Below are positions 50,032 through 60,775 of a stretch of DNA of 64,000 bases, in pieces. The DNA is taken from positions 160,001 to 224,000 of the forward strand of contig CAWCNJ010000008.1 of assembly GCA_963796955.1 (NCBI GenBank), in the 5' to 3' direction. Position 1 is the first letter of the stretch, and each line of letters opens with the position of its first letter. The DNA is from Endomicrobiales bacterium (GTDB taxonomy: Bacteria > Elusimicrobiota > Endomicrobiia > Endomicrobiales > JALOBY01). A program made the translations under genes and the position numbers. The notes under the pieces are model-generated. The model ran no database searches and was not told the DNA's origin. It saw only the letters and a program-made list of their open reading frames with translations.

Positions 50032-50045
50032 TAACGAGTTTCATT

Positions 50046-51785
50046 ATGAAAGAACTATCAGGTATCACTACTATTTTAATCGTGATCGGGGCCATGTTGT
50101 TCGCTGGTTCAATATGTTTTATTGGCCAACCTGCGGGATTGCCGTCCCAGCGGCAAACGGAACTGGTATTTGGATCACCGGAAACCCTCAAGCAGCTCAC
50201 ACCCGTGCTTATTCAGTTACGGAATAAAGTCTACGAATCGTACAAAAACTCTTCTCTGATCAAAAAAAATTTTATACCGGGCAGTGAGCTGGTCCGGCTA
50301 TCGCTCAAAGGTGAGACTATCCTTGTTCCTGAAATTAAACTGCACGCAATGCGCTCCGCGCTGACCCAATCGCGTTATCCTGACGAACCGACCGTTATGG
50401 CGGCGTTGTCCAGGATAAATCCTAAACACGGACAATTCAATCCGCATTTTACACCGTACGGAGGGGTTTTGTTATACAGCTGCGGGGCGGCGATAATGGT
50501 CGCCTCGACCGCGGGCATACTGCGCGTTACCTCCGACATATCGTTTTATTTCGATCATCCGGCGGATCTGCAAAAATTATTCATAGTGCCGAAAGTGTGG
50601 GCCGCGCTTATAGGGCTGTTCGCCATCCCATTTATTCTGCTGCTTGGGAAGAACGCGTTCGGCGAGACTACCGGAGTACTTGCCGCGCTCTTTCTTGCTG
50701 TGACGCCGGCCTTCGGCGTAGAGGCGCATTGTTTGAAACCCTACTTGATCTTCCTGCCCTTCATGATACTGTCAATGTTCTTCGCTCTGCGTTCTCTCAA
50801 GGTGGCTAAACTCAGCAACTCCGTATACGCAGGTCTGTTCGCGGGGCTCAGCGCCGGCGCGCTTTTGTTAAGCGGCACCGTGATATTTGCGTTGATAGCT
50901 GCAACTTTCTTTAAACTGAGAGATGGTACAGCGGCTGAAAAACGCAGTGCGTTATCCGGCCTGTGCTGGGGGCTCTGTGCCGCGGTCGCAGCCTTTTTGA
51001 TCACGAACCCTTTTTACCTGCTGTCTTTTCACGATTTCGTCGCCGAAATGGCCGTAAACTCAAAGGAAGTCGGCTATTCCTTCTCCCTGTATAACGTAAT
51101 AACCCAGTCGTGGTGGGGACTACAGAAGACGCTCGGTCTGGCCCTTTATTTGCTTGTTGTGCCGGGCATGTTGTACGCCCTGGTTCGCCGTACCAGGGAA
51201 GACATGGTGCTTATCTCGGTACTGGTACCTTATTATATCTACGATCTTATCACGCTTTTCGTCAATCCGCATTACGATATGCCGATGGTGCCGGTCCTTC
51301 TTGTGCTGGCCGCGCGCGCGCTGTCGGCGGCGTATGATCGTCTTAAGCCCCGTTTCGTCGTTTCTGTCGCCGGTTCACTGCTCATAGCGGTTTCAGCAGC
51401 CAACTGCATTTATTATGCGACGGTCTTTGAACGGACGAATGATCTTTATTATAGAGCAGGCGAATGGATAAATACCACTATTGCAGAACAGTCAAGTATT
51501 TCGGCGGACGCCTATCCATACTTTTCAAGTCCCTCAGGCTACCCGCCGTTCCAGTTGCTGAATTATCAGATAAATACAAACGAATCTCCGGATTATTATC
51601 TGGTCATACGGCAAAAGAGTCCCTTTTCTAAACCAACCGCCCTTAACGCCGGTTATCAGCTGCTCCAACGTTTTGAATTATCGCCTGTTCCTCTTGACAG
51701 GTTGTTCTCGAACAACCTTGCTTATTTCGTCGGGCAGCCCATAGAGATCTACAAAAAACCGGAAAAGACCAATGCCAACAACTAG
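50046..51785 (+). CDS. GT-C membrane glycosyltransferase (GT39/ArnT/PMT-like), long type
   Basis: YPDE acidic motif, NPHFTPYG, many TMs, ITNPF, AGEWIN C-terminal domain. Confidence 0.7.
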   Translation: MKELSGITTILIVIGAMLFAGSICFIGQPAGLPSQRQTELVFGSPETLKQLTPVLIQLRNKVYESYKNSSLIKKNFIPGSELVRLSLKGETILVPEIKLHAMRSALTQSRYPDEPTVMAALSRINPKHGQFNPHFTPYGGVLLYSCGAAIMVASTAGILRVTSDISFYFDHPADLQKLFIVPKVWAALIGLFAIPFILLLGKNAFGETTGVLAALFLAVTPAFGVEAHCLKPYLIFLPFMILSMFFALRSLKVAKLSNSVYAGLFAGLSAGALLLSGTVIFALIAATFFKLRDGTAAEKRSALSGLCWGLCAAVAAFLITNPFYLLSFHDFVAEMAVNSKEVGYSFSLYNVITQSWWGLQKTLGLALYLLVVPGMLYALVRRTREDMVLISVLVPYYIYDLITLFVNPHYDMPMVPVLLVLAARALSAAYDRLKPRFVVSVAGSLLIAVSAANCIYYATVFERTNDLYYRAGEWINTTIAEQSSISADAYPYFSSPSGYPPFQLLNYQINTNESPDYYLVIRQKSPFSKPTALNAGYQLLQRFELSPVPLDRLFSNNLAYFVGQPIEIYKKPEKTNANN

Positions 51786-51795
51786 AAATACAAAA

Positions 51796-53001
51796 ATGTA
51801 TATTCTGCTTTTCCTGCTTGCGCTTACGATCCGAGTGGTATATCTTGTCGGCTTCCACGGTTTGAATAACATCCCTGACTCGGATTCGCCGGAATATCAC
51901 GCCTATGCCGTTAATATCGCCGAGCACGGCACCTATACTGACGGGGTCTGGACGGTTTTTCGCGCACCCGGCTACCCTGCCTTCATGGCCGGTGTCATTA
52001 AATTATTCGGCGATTCTTACGCGAATATCCAATTGGTGCAGACACTACTAAGCGCGTGCATACCACTTCTGGTATTCCGTATCGCGCTTTTGGTCGGTGG
52101 GGGAGAGGCGGCCGCCCTCACCGCGGCGACGATAGCCTGCGCCCAATTCGGACTGGTTAGCGAACCATCGCATATAATCAGCGAGGCTACCTTTACGTTT
52201 CTTTATACCGCCATACTTCTGTTCACCCTTAAATCCCCCGGCTCTACCGTTAATGCGGCTTTGACAGGACTCGCGATAGCCCTTGCCTGGCTGACACGCC
52301 CCGTCGCGTTCACACTGATCCCGTTCATTTCTCTCTGGTTAATACTGAAATGCGGATTCAAGGACGGAGCAAAAAAGATCATCGTCATGACCCTGGTGAT
52401 AGTCGCGGTCATGATGCCGTGGTGGATCAGGAACTACCGGCTGCATCACACATTCATTCCCTCGGCGATGCAAACCGGCTACGTGCTGTATCAGACCAAC
52501 GATCCGCACTATGATATGTCGAAGTACAACTTTATGCCTGAGATACAACGGGACAACGCGTTCAGACGGGATGCGCTACTTTACGTAAAAAGTCATCCTG
52601 TGTGGGATCATATAAAAATGAAGTTCAAGGGTGTTCTCTATTTCTTTTACCCGTTCCTGCCGGCGTACGATATATTCTATATGCTGCTGGTTCCCTTTTG
52701 TCTGATAGGCCTTTATTTCGCCTTAACCAGGAAGGCCATCGATCAGTGGATCCTTTTAACGATGTTCATGTACCTGCCGGTCATATTCGTCTTTAACGAC
52801 GCGACCCGCTACCGCCATTCCATGATGCCTGCCTACATAATTATTTCGGTCATAGGCTTGTTTGAATGGCGCTCGATGTTCGCAATTCGAAAATGGCAGG
52901 GTTATGTTTTCGGCGGCTGGATAAGCCTTAATATCCTGATCCTGGCTTGTGCTCCGTTACTCAGGACTCAGCTGAAATTATTATTCAAGGCGGGGTTATA
53001 A
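51796..53001 (+). CDS. GT-C membrane glycosyltransferase (GT39/ArnT-like), short type
   Basis: DSPEYHAYAVNI, RAPGYPAF, ISEA, LTRP, PWWIRNY, RYRH; start 51796 or 51772. Confidence 0.75.
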   Translation: MYILLFLLALTIRVVYLVGFHGLNNIPDSDSPEYHAYAVNIAEHGTYTDGVWTVFRAPGYPAFMAGVIKLFGDSYANIQLVQTLLSACIPLLVFRIALLVGGGEAAALTAATIACAQFGLVSEPSHIISEATFTFLYTAILLFTLKSPGSTVNAALTGLAIALAWLTRPVAFTLIPFISLWLILKCGFKDGAKKIIVMTLVIVAVMMPWWIRNYRLHHTFIPSAMQTGYVLYQTNDPHYDMSKYNFMPEIQRDNAFRRDALLYVKSHPVWDHIKMKFKGVLYFFYPFLPAYDIFYMLLVPFCLIGLYFALTRKAIDQWILLTMFMYLPVIFVFNDATRYRHSMMPAYIIISVIGLFEWRSMFAIRKWQGYVFGGWISLNILILACAPLLRTQLKLLFKAGL

Positions 53002-53729
53002 TGTGGCAAGATAAAAAGGTTTCCGTTGTTTTTCCGACCTATAACGAAAAAGATTCTATCCGTGCGGCCATAACCGACTTTCTTTCGTTCGGCTTTGTCG
53101 ACGAAGTGGTGGTGGTCAATAATAACGCGGCGGCTGGCACTGACGATGAAGTAAAAAAAACACCCGCGAGAATAGTCTACGAGCCGCGTCAGGGCTTCGG
53201 CTCCGCCATACAAAAAGGCCTTCGAGAGGCGACAGGCGACATTATCATTATCAGCGAGCCTGACGGCACCTTCTCAGGTAAAGATGTGATCAAGCTGCTT
53301 GCCTATGCCGATGATTTCGACATCGTGCTTGGCACACGGACTACCAAAGAGCTTATCTGGGCGGGCGCGTACATGAACTGGCCGCTGCGCATGGGCAACG
53401 TGCTGGTTGCAAAAATGCTTGAATTCCTCTTCAACACCACACAAATGTCCGACGTCGGCTGCACGATGCGCCTTATCCGCAGGGACGCCGTCGAGCGATT
53501 GCTTCCCAAGTTCAAGGTGACACTGTCGTGCTTTAACCCCGAAATGGTGATGCTGGCCAGGCTCAATGGATTCTCTTTTATAGAGATACCTGTCAATTAC
53601 AGGAAAAGAATAGGCAAATCCATGGGAACAAAGAATATTTTCAACGCTATTTTGCTTGGTCTTCAGATGATAGCGCTTATCCTTCGTGTCAGAATATTCT
53701 CACTTTTTAAAATGGATGGTTCTTATTGA
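53001..53729 (+). CDS. GT2 polyprenyl-phosphate glycosyltransferase (DPM1/GtrB-like)
   Basis: VVFPTYNE, VVNNN, GFGSA, EPDGT, VLGTR, EIPVNYRKRIGKS. Confidence 0.85.
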   Translation: MWQDKKVSVVFPTYNEKDSIRAAITDFLSFGFVDEVVVVNNNAAAGTDDEVKKTPARIVYEPRQGFGSAIQKGLREATGDIIIISEPDGTFSGKDVIKLLAYADDFDIVLGTRTTKELIWAGAYMNWPLRMGNVLVAKMLEFLFNTTQMSDVGCTMRLIRRDAVERLLPKFKVTLSCFNPEMVMLARLNGFSFIEIPVNYRKRIGKSMGTKNIFNAILLGLQMIALILRVRIFSLFKMDGSY

Positions 53730-53766
53730 TGCAGAGACAGGCCACCTACGGAAAGGACAGTAAGCA

Positions 53767-55685
53767 ATGTGCGGTATAGCCGGCATTTACCACTACGGCT
53801 CGTCTGCCCCTGTTGAGAAACAACAGCTTCAGCGTATGTGCGATCAGATGATCCACCGGGGGCCGGACGACGAAGGCTGTTTTGTAACTGAAGACAGGCG
53901 CGCCGGTATCGCTATGCGCCGGCTTTCAATTATCGACGTTGCGGGCGGTCACCAGCCGATCTTTAATGAAGACGAGACTATCGGCGTGGTGCTTAACGGC
54001 GAAATATATAATTTTCAGGAACTGCGCTCGCTGCTTAAGGAACGGCACACATTCTCCACCGACCACTCCGACACAGAAGTTATCGTTCATCTGTACGAGG
54101 AATACGGCGAGCGTTGTGTAGACCATTTGCGCGGCATGTTCGCCTTTGCGGTGCTGGACAAACGTAAAAACATGATATTCCTTGCCAAAGACCGTGTGGG
54201 GAAGAAACCGCTCTACTATACTCAGTACAACGGCGCCTTCATATTCGGTTCAGAAATAAAGTGCCTGCTGCAGTATCTGCCGTTCACGCCGGAGGTACGG
54301 CGCGACGCGATAGATCTCTTTCTGACCTACCAATACATACCCTCTCCCGTCACGATCTTCAAGGATATTTATTCTATGATGCCCGCGCAGACCGTCACCT
54401 GCGCGAAAGACGGCAGCCTGAGCGCGCATATCTACTGGGACCTTTCGTTCAAAGAAAAAACCGCTCTGTCGTTCAAAGATGCCTGCGTCCAAACGAAACA
54501 ACTGCTTGACGAAGCGACCCGCCTGCGCATGATATCCGATGTTCCGCTGGGCGCATTTCTGTCCGGTGGTCACGACTCAAGCATTATCGTGGGGCTCATG
54601 AGCCGCCATTCAGCCAAGCCAGTGAAGACCTTCTGTATCGGTTTTGAAGAGGAAGAGTTCTCTGAGCTGCGCTACGCAAGGATAGTGGCGAAGCATTACG
54701 GTACGGATCACCGGGAATTCATATTGAAGTCTAATTTCATCGACATTATCCCGAAGCTCGCGTGGCACTACGGCCAGCCGTTCGCGGATTCTTCAGCGCT
54801 TCCTTCCTACCTCGTATCTCACGAAACAAGAAAACATGTCACGGTCGCCTTGAACGGCGACGGGGGGACGAATCCTTCGGCGGTTATCTACGCTATAAAG
54901 CGATGAAAGGGTCGCTCTATTTCGGCTGGCCCTTCCGACTGATAGGAAGCAGGCTAACGGGCGCGCTGGCAAACCTGATACCCCATACTGAGACGATGGG
55001 CGGGAAAAATAAATTCCGTTACATGCACCGCCTTGTCTCAACCCTCAGCGAACCGCCGGTAGAGCGGAATATCAACTGGCACGCGGTCTTTCCGACCAAG
55101 ATGCGGGCATCCCTCTATTCCGACGATATGAAACGAAGCCTGGTAAAAGACAGCTACGATTACCTGAGAGACATCTTCCGGAACGCTCCGGCAGACACCA
55201 TTATGGACCGTACCTTTTATACGGACATCAAGGCCTACCTGCCTGAATGCCTGCTGGTCAAGATGGATATAGCCTCGATGGCGAATTCACTGGAAGCCCG
55301 TAGCCCCTTTCTTGACCATAAGGTCATGGAATTCGCCGCCTCCCTGCCGGATAATTGGAAAGTGCACGGGCTCACGACAAAGTACATACTGAAACAGACG
55401 TTCAACAAGGACCTGCCCAAAGAGATCGTCAACCGCAGCAAAATGGGTTTCGGCATACCCCTGGGGAAGTGGTTCCGCACCGACTGGCAGCGGTATTTCA
55501 GGGAGACGGTGTTGTCGGAGAAAGCGCTCTCGCGGGGATATTTTGACCGTAACGCCCTTAAGCAGCTTTGCGAAGACCACTTCGAGGGAAGGCGCGACAA
55601 CGGGTACCGCATGTGGGCGTTGCTCATGCTTGAATTATGGCATCAACAATTTATAGATCAAAACACCGGGAGCTCTCATGCTTGA
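53767..55685 (+). pseudogene. asnB: Asparagine synthase-family glutamine amidotransferase, split by one frameshift (may be an assembly error)
   Basis: MCGI, HRGPDD, RRLSIID, LSGGHDSS; motif GDGG|DESFGGY broken at G6 run 54862-67; second frame has LLVKMDIASMANSLEARSPFLD, KMGF. Confidence 0.85.
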
Positions 55686-57086
55686 CCTGCTGCTGATAAA
55701 CATCGATTATTACGAAGACATTTTCAAAAATTCCAGGGTCCGTTCCGCTATTTCCAGCGGCGCGACGCCCCTGGGGTTGGCATGCCTTGCGGGCGCGGCG
55801 CGCGCGAAAGGCTTTTCTGTAGTGATACTTGACCTGAACACCGAGATCAACCCCGAACAGGCTCTTACAGCAATACTGACACAACAAACACCGCGCTTTG
55901 CCGGCATTACCTCGACAACGCCTCTGATCATCAGAGCTTACGCTATCGCGAAGAAGATCAAAGAGATATCTCCGTTAACGAAAGTCCTTGCGGGAGGCCC
56001 GCACCCGACAGCCCTGCCCGAAGAAGTCCTTAGGGAAAGCGTCATTGACGGTGTGGTCTCGCGGCGAGGGGGATGCGGTTTTGCCCATGATCCTGGCGGA
56101 GGGTCTGCAACCGTCCGTCCCGAATTTATATTTCAAGCAACCTTCCGGGAACATTTATAAACCGGAGAATATCTGCGAGACCATTCCCGACGTGAATGTC
56201 CTTCCCGTGCCTGCCTATGATCTTTTTGATATACGGCGCTATTCCCAGCCCAGGATATCCAGCCGCAAGGCGCCGGTGGCGTATCTTGAAACCTCCCGCG
56301 GCTGTTTTGGGCGCTGCATCTTCTGTAACAAAAACATCCACGGGTATGTTATGCGCATGAAAACGCCCGAACGCGTTATCAGCGAGTTTGAATACGTACT
56401 TTCGCTGGGTTTCAGGGAAGTACATATCATTGACGACATTTTCACGGCGGACCTGAAACGGGCGCAGCGCATCTGCGAACTGATTATAGAAAAGGGTCTC
56501 TCTCTTCCCTGGTATCCCAGGGGGCGGCATCCGCGTTGACCGGGTCACGCCTGAACTGCTGGCCATCATGAAGCGGGCGGGTTGCTACCGCATTCCCTTC
56601 GGGATCGAATCGGGCAGCCCGGCGGTGCTGAAGCGGATACAGAAAGGCATTACGATAGAACAGGCGCGCAAGGCGGTGCGGATGGCCAGGGAGGCGGGCC
56701 TTGAGACCGAATCCTACTTCATGATCGGTCTGCCGGGGGAGACCGAGGAAGACCTGAAACTTTCAACGCAAGCTGCCATAGATATCGACGCTGATTACGC
56801 GAAGTTTGCCATAACGGTCCCGCTGCCCGGCACCCAGATGTTCACGCAAATGGAAGCGAACGGCCAGATCCTGACCAGGGACTGGACCAAGTACAATTTT
56901 TCAACTAACCCCAGGGAGCTGTATAACCACGACAACCTTTCATGGGAAGCCATAGGCACATACGAAACCAAAATGTACCGGGCCTTTTATTTCAGGCCGT
57001 CGTACGTCCTGAGAACACTGTTGCGGACCATACGTAACGGAACGTTGTTCGCGCATATTAAGGCATTCTTTTCAACAAGGTGGTAA
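55678..57086 (+). pseudogene. B12-binding radical SAM enzyme, split by two frameshifts (may be assembly errors)
   Basis: PLGLACLA, GGPHPT, RGEGD, SRGCFGRCIFC (CxxxCxxC), IDDIFT, GIESG, FMIGLPGET; shifts near 56059 and 56520-24. Confidence 0.85.
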
Positions 57087-57088
57087 CA

Positions 57089-57946
57089 ATGATCAGCGTG
57101 ATCGTACCGGTTTACAACGAGGAAAAAGCCATTGCCGCATCGCTGGATAAGCTGCGCAAGGCGCTGGATTCATTCGCTCCCGGCAGTGAGATAATCGTCG
57201 TGGATGACGGTTCTACCGATAATTCCCTTACCATGGTCCGCGGCCTTACCATACCCGCGATGTCGGTAATAGAACATCCGGAAAACATCGGTTACGGTAA
57301 ATCCCTGCTGGACGGTATCCTCACAGCCAAAAATGAATGTATCGCCATCATTGACGCGGACGGCTCTTACCCCGCCGAGGCGCTTAAAAATTTATTTTCT
57401 TTCTACCCCCGTTTCGACATGATCGTGGGTGCCCGTCAGGGTTTTGAGTACCGTAAAGGCTTTTTCAAACGGCCGGCGAGACTGATGTTCAAGTCTCTGG
57501 CCAAATACGCGACCGGTCGCAATATCCCGGATGTCAACTCCGGTCTGCGGATTTTCAAAAAGAGCCTCGTGCTTGAGAACAGAAAAATGCTGTGCACCGG
57601 TTTTTCATTTACGACCACGATCACTCTTTTGTTCATGCTGAACAATCACTATGTGAAATATGTTCCCGTTGAATACCACAAGCGGGAAGGAAAATCCAAA
57701 GTAAACCATTTCCGCGACACCCTGCGCGCGGGCCAGATCATCGTGCAGACGATCGCGAACTTCAACGCGATAAAGCTGTTCCTTCTGCTTGCCAACATTT
57801 CGGCCTGTTGCGGTATCATCGCGGAAACCTTGAACGTGCTATTCTTACATTCTTACTTCGTCACCGTGTTCTCTGCTTTTATGCTGGCCGCCTACATTCC
57901 GATCTTTGCGCTGGGTCTAACAACGGATGCGATCACTAAGCGTTAG
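57089..57946 (+). CDS. GT2 polyprenyl-phosphate glycosyltransferase with C-terminal TMs
   Basis: VIVPVYNEE, VDDGSTD, GYGKSL, IDADGSY, DVNSGLR, REGKSK. Confidence 0.88.
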   Translation: MISVIVPVYNEEKAIAASLDKLRKALDSFAPGSEIIVVDDGSTDNSLTMVRGLTIPAMSVIEHPENIGYGKSLLDGILTAKNECIAIIDADGSYPAEALKNLFSFYPRFDMIVGARQGFEYRKGFFKRPARLMFKSLAKYATGRNIPDVNSGLRIFKKSLVLENRKMLCTGFSFTTTITLLFMLNNHYVKYVPVEYHKREGKSKVNHFRDTLRAGQIIVQTIANFNAIKLFLLLANISACCGIIAETLNVLFLHSYFVTVFSAFMLAAYIPIFALGLTTDAITKR

Positions 57947-57966
57947 CCTACAAGGATAAAAGTAAT

Positions 57967-59589
57967 ATGAAAAATCTTTCCAGACCGGCACTGTACTCGC
58001 TGTTAGCGATACTGATCCTCGGCATTGCCATACGGGTGTGGGGCATCAACTTCGGCCTTCCCACGACCACGGGAACTCTTACCACCTATCATCCCGACGA
58101 ATCAGTGCATATGTACTCTTTCGAGAGAATGCACCCGGCGCAGTGGGATTTTTACCCCGGCGAAACTCTCAATTGGGGCTCATTTCACTTCTACCTGCAA
58201 GGCGCTCTTTCCGAGGCGGCAAAACTGGCCGGATTCGTCCATTTAGGGAATCGCGTTTATCTATTAAGCCATCTGTCCGACGCCGATAAACTGTATTTGA
58301 TCGGCAGGGGAATATCGGTCGTTTTCGGGACCGGTGCGATAGTGATGATGTTCCTGCTGGCGCTGGAATTTACAGACACCGCCACCGCCCTGATCGCCGC
58401 TTTCATCTGGGCCTTTGCACCGACACCGGTCGTGTCCTCATTGTATGCCAAACCTGACGGGGTTATGTCGTTTTGGCTTGTTACGACGCTTTATTTTGCC
58501 GCCCGCCTCTACCGCACCGGTAGCTGGAGAGATTACCTGTTCGCCGGGGCGGCAATTGGCGTGACCGCCGCCTCAAAATACAACGGCTCCGTCGCCGGCG
58601 CCTTTGTCGTGCTGGCCTGGGCGGCGCGCGCACTTGATGAGCATACCATTACCGATGATCTGAAAAAATTAGCCGCCTGCCTTGCCCTGGTGCCCGTTGT
58701 TTTCATTATTATCAACCCGTACGTACTGATACGCTTCAGCGATTTTTATACTATTGCATCTTTAACGATATCGATCAAATCCAGGATAACTCAAAATTAT
58801 TTTACCGGGCTCAACGACTATGTGATATTCAATCTTCCCATATCACTGAGCGCCCCCATCGTGCTGTTAGCGATTTCGAGTATGGTCTTCACCTTTTTAC
58901 AGAAACCTTCCCGGCTTGAAGCCGCGGCGATCATATTTACCGTCGCTTACATCGCCAGATTTGGTCCTCCCTCGGAGCAATGCAGCGCCTACACCTTACC
59001 CGTTGTTCCGTTCTTCGTCCTTTTCGCCGCCACCGGTATACAGTTCCTGCGGCGAACCCGTATCGGGGCGGCCATCGCCGCATTGACGGTCGTTTATCTG
59101 GTCTCATACAGTTTCTCGTATAAGACCCTGTTTCAGCGGCCGGACACCCGTGAACAGGCAAGCGCCTGGATAGCGCAGCACATAGCTCCCGGCTCGACTA
59201 TCGGCATGTCAAAAAGCGATTCATGGACGCCTCCTATCATTAAATCCCCTGATTCTTCCTATACCGTCATAACAGGCAGCTCGCCGCAGTCTGCGCTGCC
59301 GACGGCAATACTCAACCTAAATGACAAATTGCCGAAATGCGAATATGTCGTTGTTGCCGACAATGAATACTCTTTTTGTTTAAGCCATCCCAAAGAATAC
59401 ATAGAGCAGTTGTCGGTCTTTAAAACGATCTTCGGTCCGCAATGGAAAGAGGTCGCGCATTTTGAAAAAGAAATAAATTTTTTCGGTATCCCGTTTTACA
59501 ACAAGTACGCGACGGCCGATTGGCTGTTCCCAAATCCGAAGATATTCATTATGCAGCGCGCGGGGAGTACGCCTGAACATGAAAAATAG
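57967..59589 (+). CDS. GT-C membrane glycosyltransferase (GT39/ArnT/PMT-like), long type
   Basis: WGINFGLP...YHPDE, AKPD, ASKYNG, INPY, DTREQASAWI. Confidence 0.75.
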   Translation: MKNLSRPALYSLLAILILGIAIRVWGINFGLPTTTGTLTTYHPDESVHMYSFERMHPAQWDFYPGETLNWGSFHFYLQGALSEAAKLAGFVHLGNRVYLLSHLSDADKLYLIGRGISVVFGTGAIVMMFLLALEFTDTATALIAAFIWAFAPTPVVSSLYAKPDGVMSFWLVTTLYFAARLYRTGSWRDYLFAGAAIGVTAASKYNGSVAGAFVVLAWAARALDEHTITDDLKKLAACLALVPVVFIIINPYVLIRFSDFYTIASLTISIKSRITQNYFTGLNDYVIFNLPISLSAPIVLLAISSMVFTFLQKPSRLEAAAIIFTVAYIARFGPPSEQCSAYTLPVVPFFVLFAATGIQFLRRTRIGAAIAALTVVYLVSYSFSYKTLFQRPDTREQASAWIAQHIAPGSTIGMSKSDSWTPPIIKSPDSSYTVITGSSPQSALPTAILNLNDKLPKCEYVVVADNEYSFCLSHPKEYIEQLSVFKTIFGPQWKEVAHFEKEINFFGIPFYNKYATADWLFPNPKIFIMQRAGSTPEHEK

Positions 59590-60775
59590 ACGGTACATTA
59601 TAGCCGGTATTTTCGTGCTCGCCCTGTTTCTCAGGATCGGGCTTTTGTTCGTGTATCACGGAGGCGGCGTCGCCGAGCAGCAGGACGCCCGGGATTACAC
59701 CGCCATCGCGCATAACCTTATTGAGGGGAACGGTTTTACCGGCCTGAACGGAGAACCGACACAGATCAGGCCGCCCGGCTATCCCGTGTTTCTTGCCGCA
59801 GTCTACTCCGCGTTCGGCGAAAGCACAACCGCCGTTAAGATCGTTCAAGACATTCTTTCTGCGCTTACTGTTCTTCTGATCTTACTGCTGACCATTCGTC
59901 TCTTCGGCCCCGGGATAGGCGTTTTAGCCGGAGTACTTATAGCCTGTTATCCTCCGTTCATCATTTACAGCAACATTGCGCTGAGCGAAACGTTGTTTAC
60001 ATTCCTGCTGGCCGCTTTCGCGCTGCAGCTGCAAAAAGCTTACACCGGATCTACAATAAAAGCATGGGTACTACTTGGTATTATACAGGGACTACAAACC
60101 CTGGTAAGGCCCACGACATTGCTTTTGCCGGCAGCGGTTTTTTTGCTCATAGCGCTTGTTGAGAACAAAAAACGTTTTCTCAAAGGGTTTTTGATATTTT
60201 TCATCATAAGTTATTCGATCGTTTCCATCTGGACGGTGCGGAACTGGCGTGAATTTCACTCCTTTATACCGGTAAGCGCGACAGGGGGATATGGGCTGTG
60301 GTTCTCAACCCTTGACAACGCGCTGATCGGAGAAAAGGTGGCAGAACCTGATTTTCTGGCACAGTACCCACAGCTGAACGGACTTGCGCGCTATCGGCAG
60401 GATGCCTTCTTAAAAGAGCGGGCTAAAGAATACATACACTCGCACAAGCGGGAGTTCGCGCGAAAAATGGCGCGCAACCTTATGTTCCTGTTCACACAAC
60501 CCGTCGGAAAAGTAGTTATGGCCAGATCCCATCCGTTCATCGCCGGGGTGCTGCAAGCTGCCCAGTACATTTTTCTGGCGGGTTGCTGTCTGGGCATAAT
60601 TATATCGATACGATCATACGCGGCGACCATGGTTCCATTGCTGCTCCTAGTGTATATGACCGTTCTGCATTGCGTCGTTATACCCCTGCCGAGGTATCGT
60701 TTGCCATTCGAACCGTTCATGTTGCTTTTTGTGGCGGTAGGCATCAACTATTTTTACAAGAAAGGGGTGCTATGA
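59579..60775 (+). CDS. GT-C membrane glycosyltransferase (GT39/ArnT-like), short type
   Basis: DARDYTAIAHNL, RPPGYPVF, LSETL, LVRP, WTVRN, RYRLP. Confidence 0.78.
   Translation: MKNRRYIIAGIFVLALFLRIGLLFVYHGGGVAEQQDARDYTAIAHNLIEGNGFTGLNGEPTQIRPPGYPVFLAAVYSAFGESTTAVKIVQDILSALTVLLILLLTIRLFGPGIGVLAGVLIACYPPFIIYSNIALSETLFTFLLAAFALQLQKAYTGSTIKAWVLLGIIQGLQTLVRPTTLLLPAAVFLLIALVENKKRFLKGFLIFFIISYSIVSIWTVRNWREFHSFIPVSATGGYGLWFSTLDNALIGEKVAEPDFLAQYPQLNGLARYRQDAFLKERAKEYIHSHKREFARKMARNLMFLFTQPVGKVVMARSHPFIAGVLQAAQYIFLAGCCLGIIISIRSYAATMVPLLLLVYMTVLHCVVIPLPRYRLPFEPFMLLFVAVGINYFYKKGVL

Noticed and set aside
56535..56541. TGA ending the middle radical SAM fragment as possible selenocysteine or recoding
   Set aside because: The homologous sequence continues in another frame from the G run at 56520-24; a frameshift explains it.
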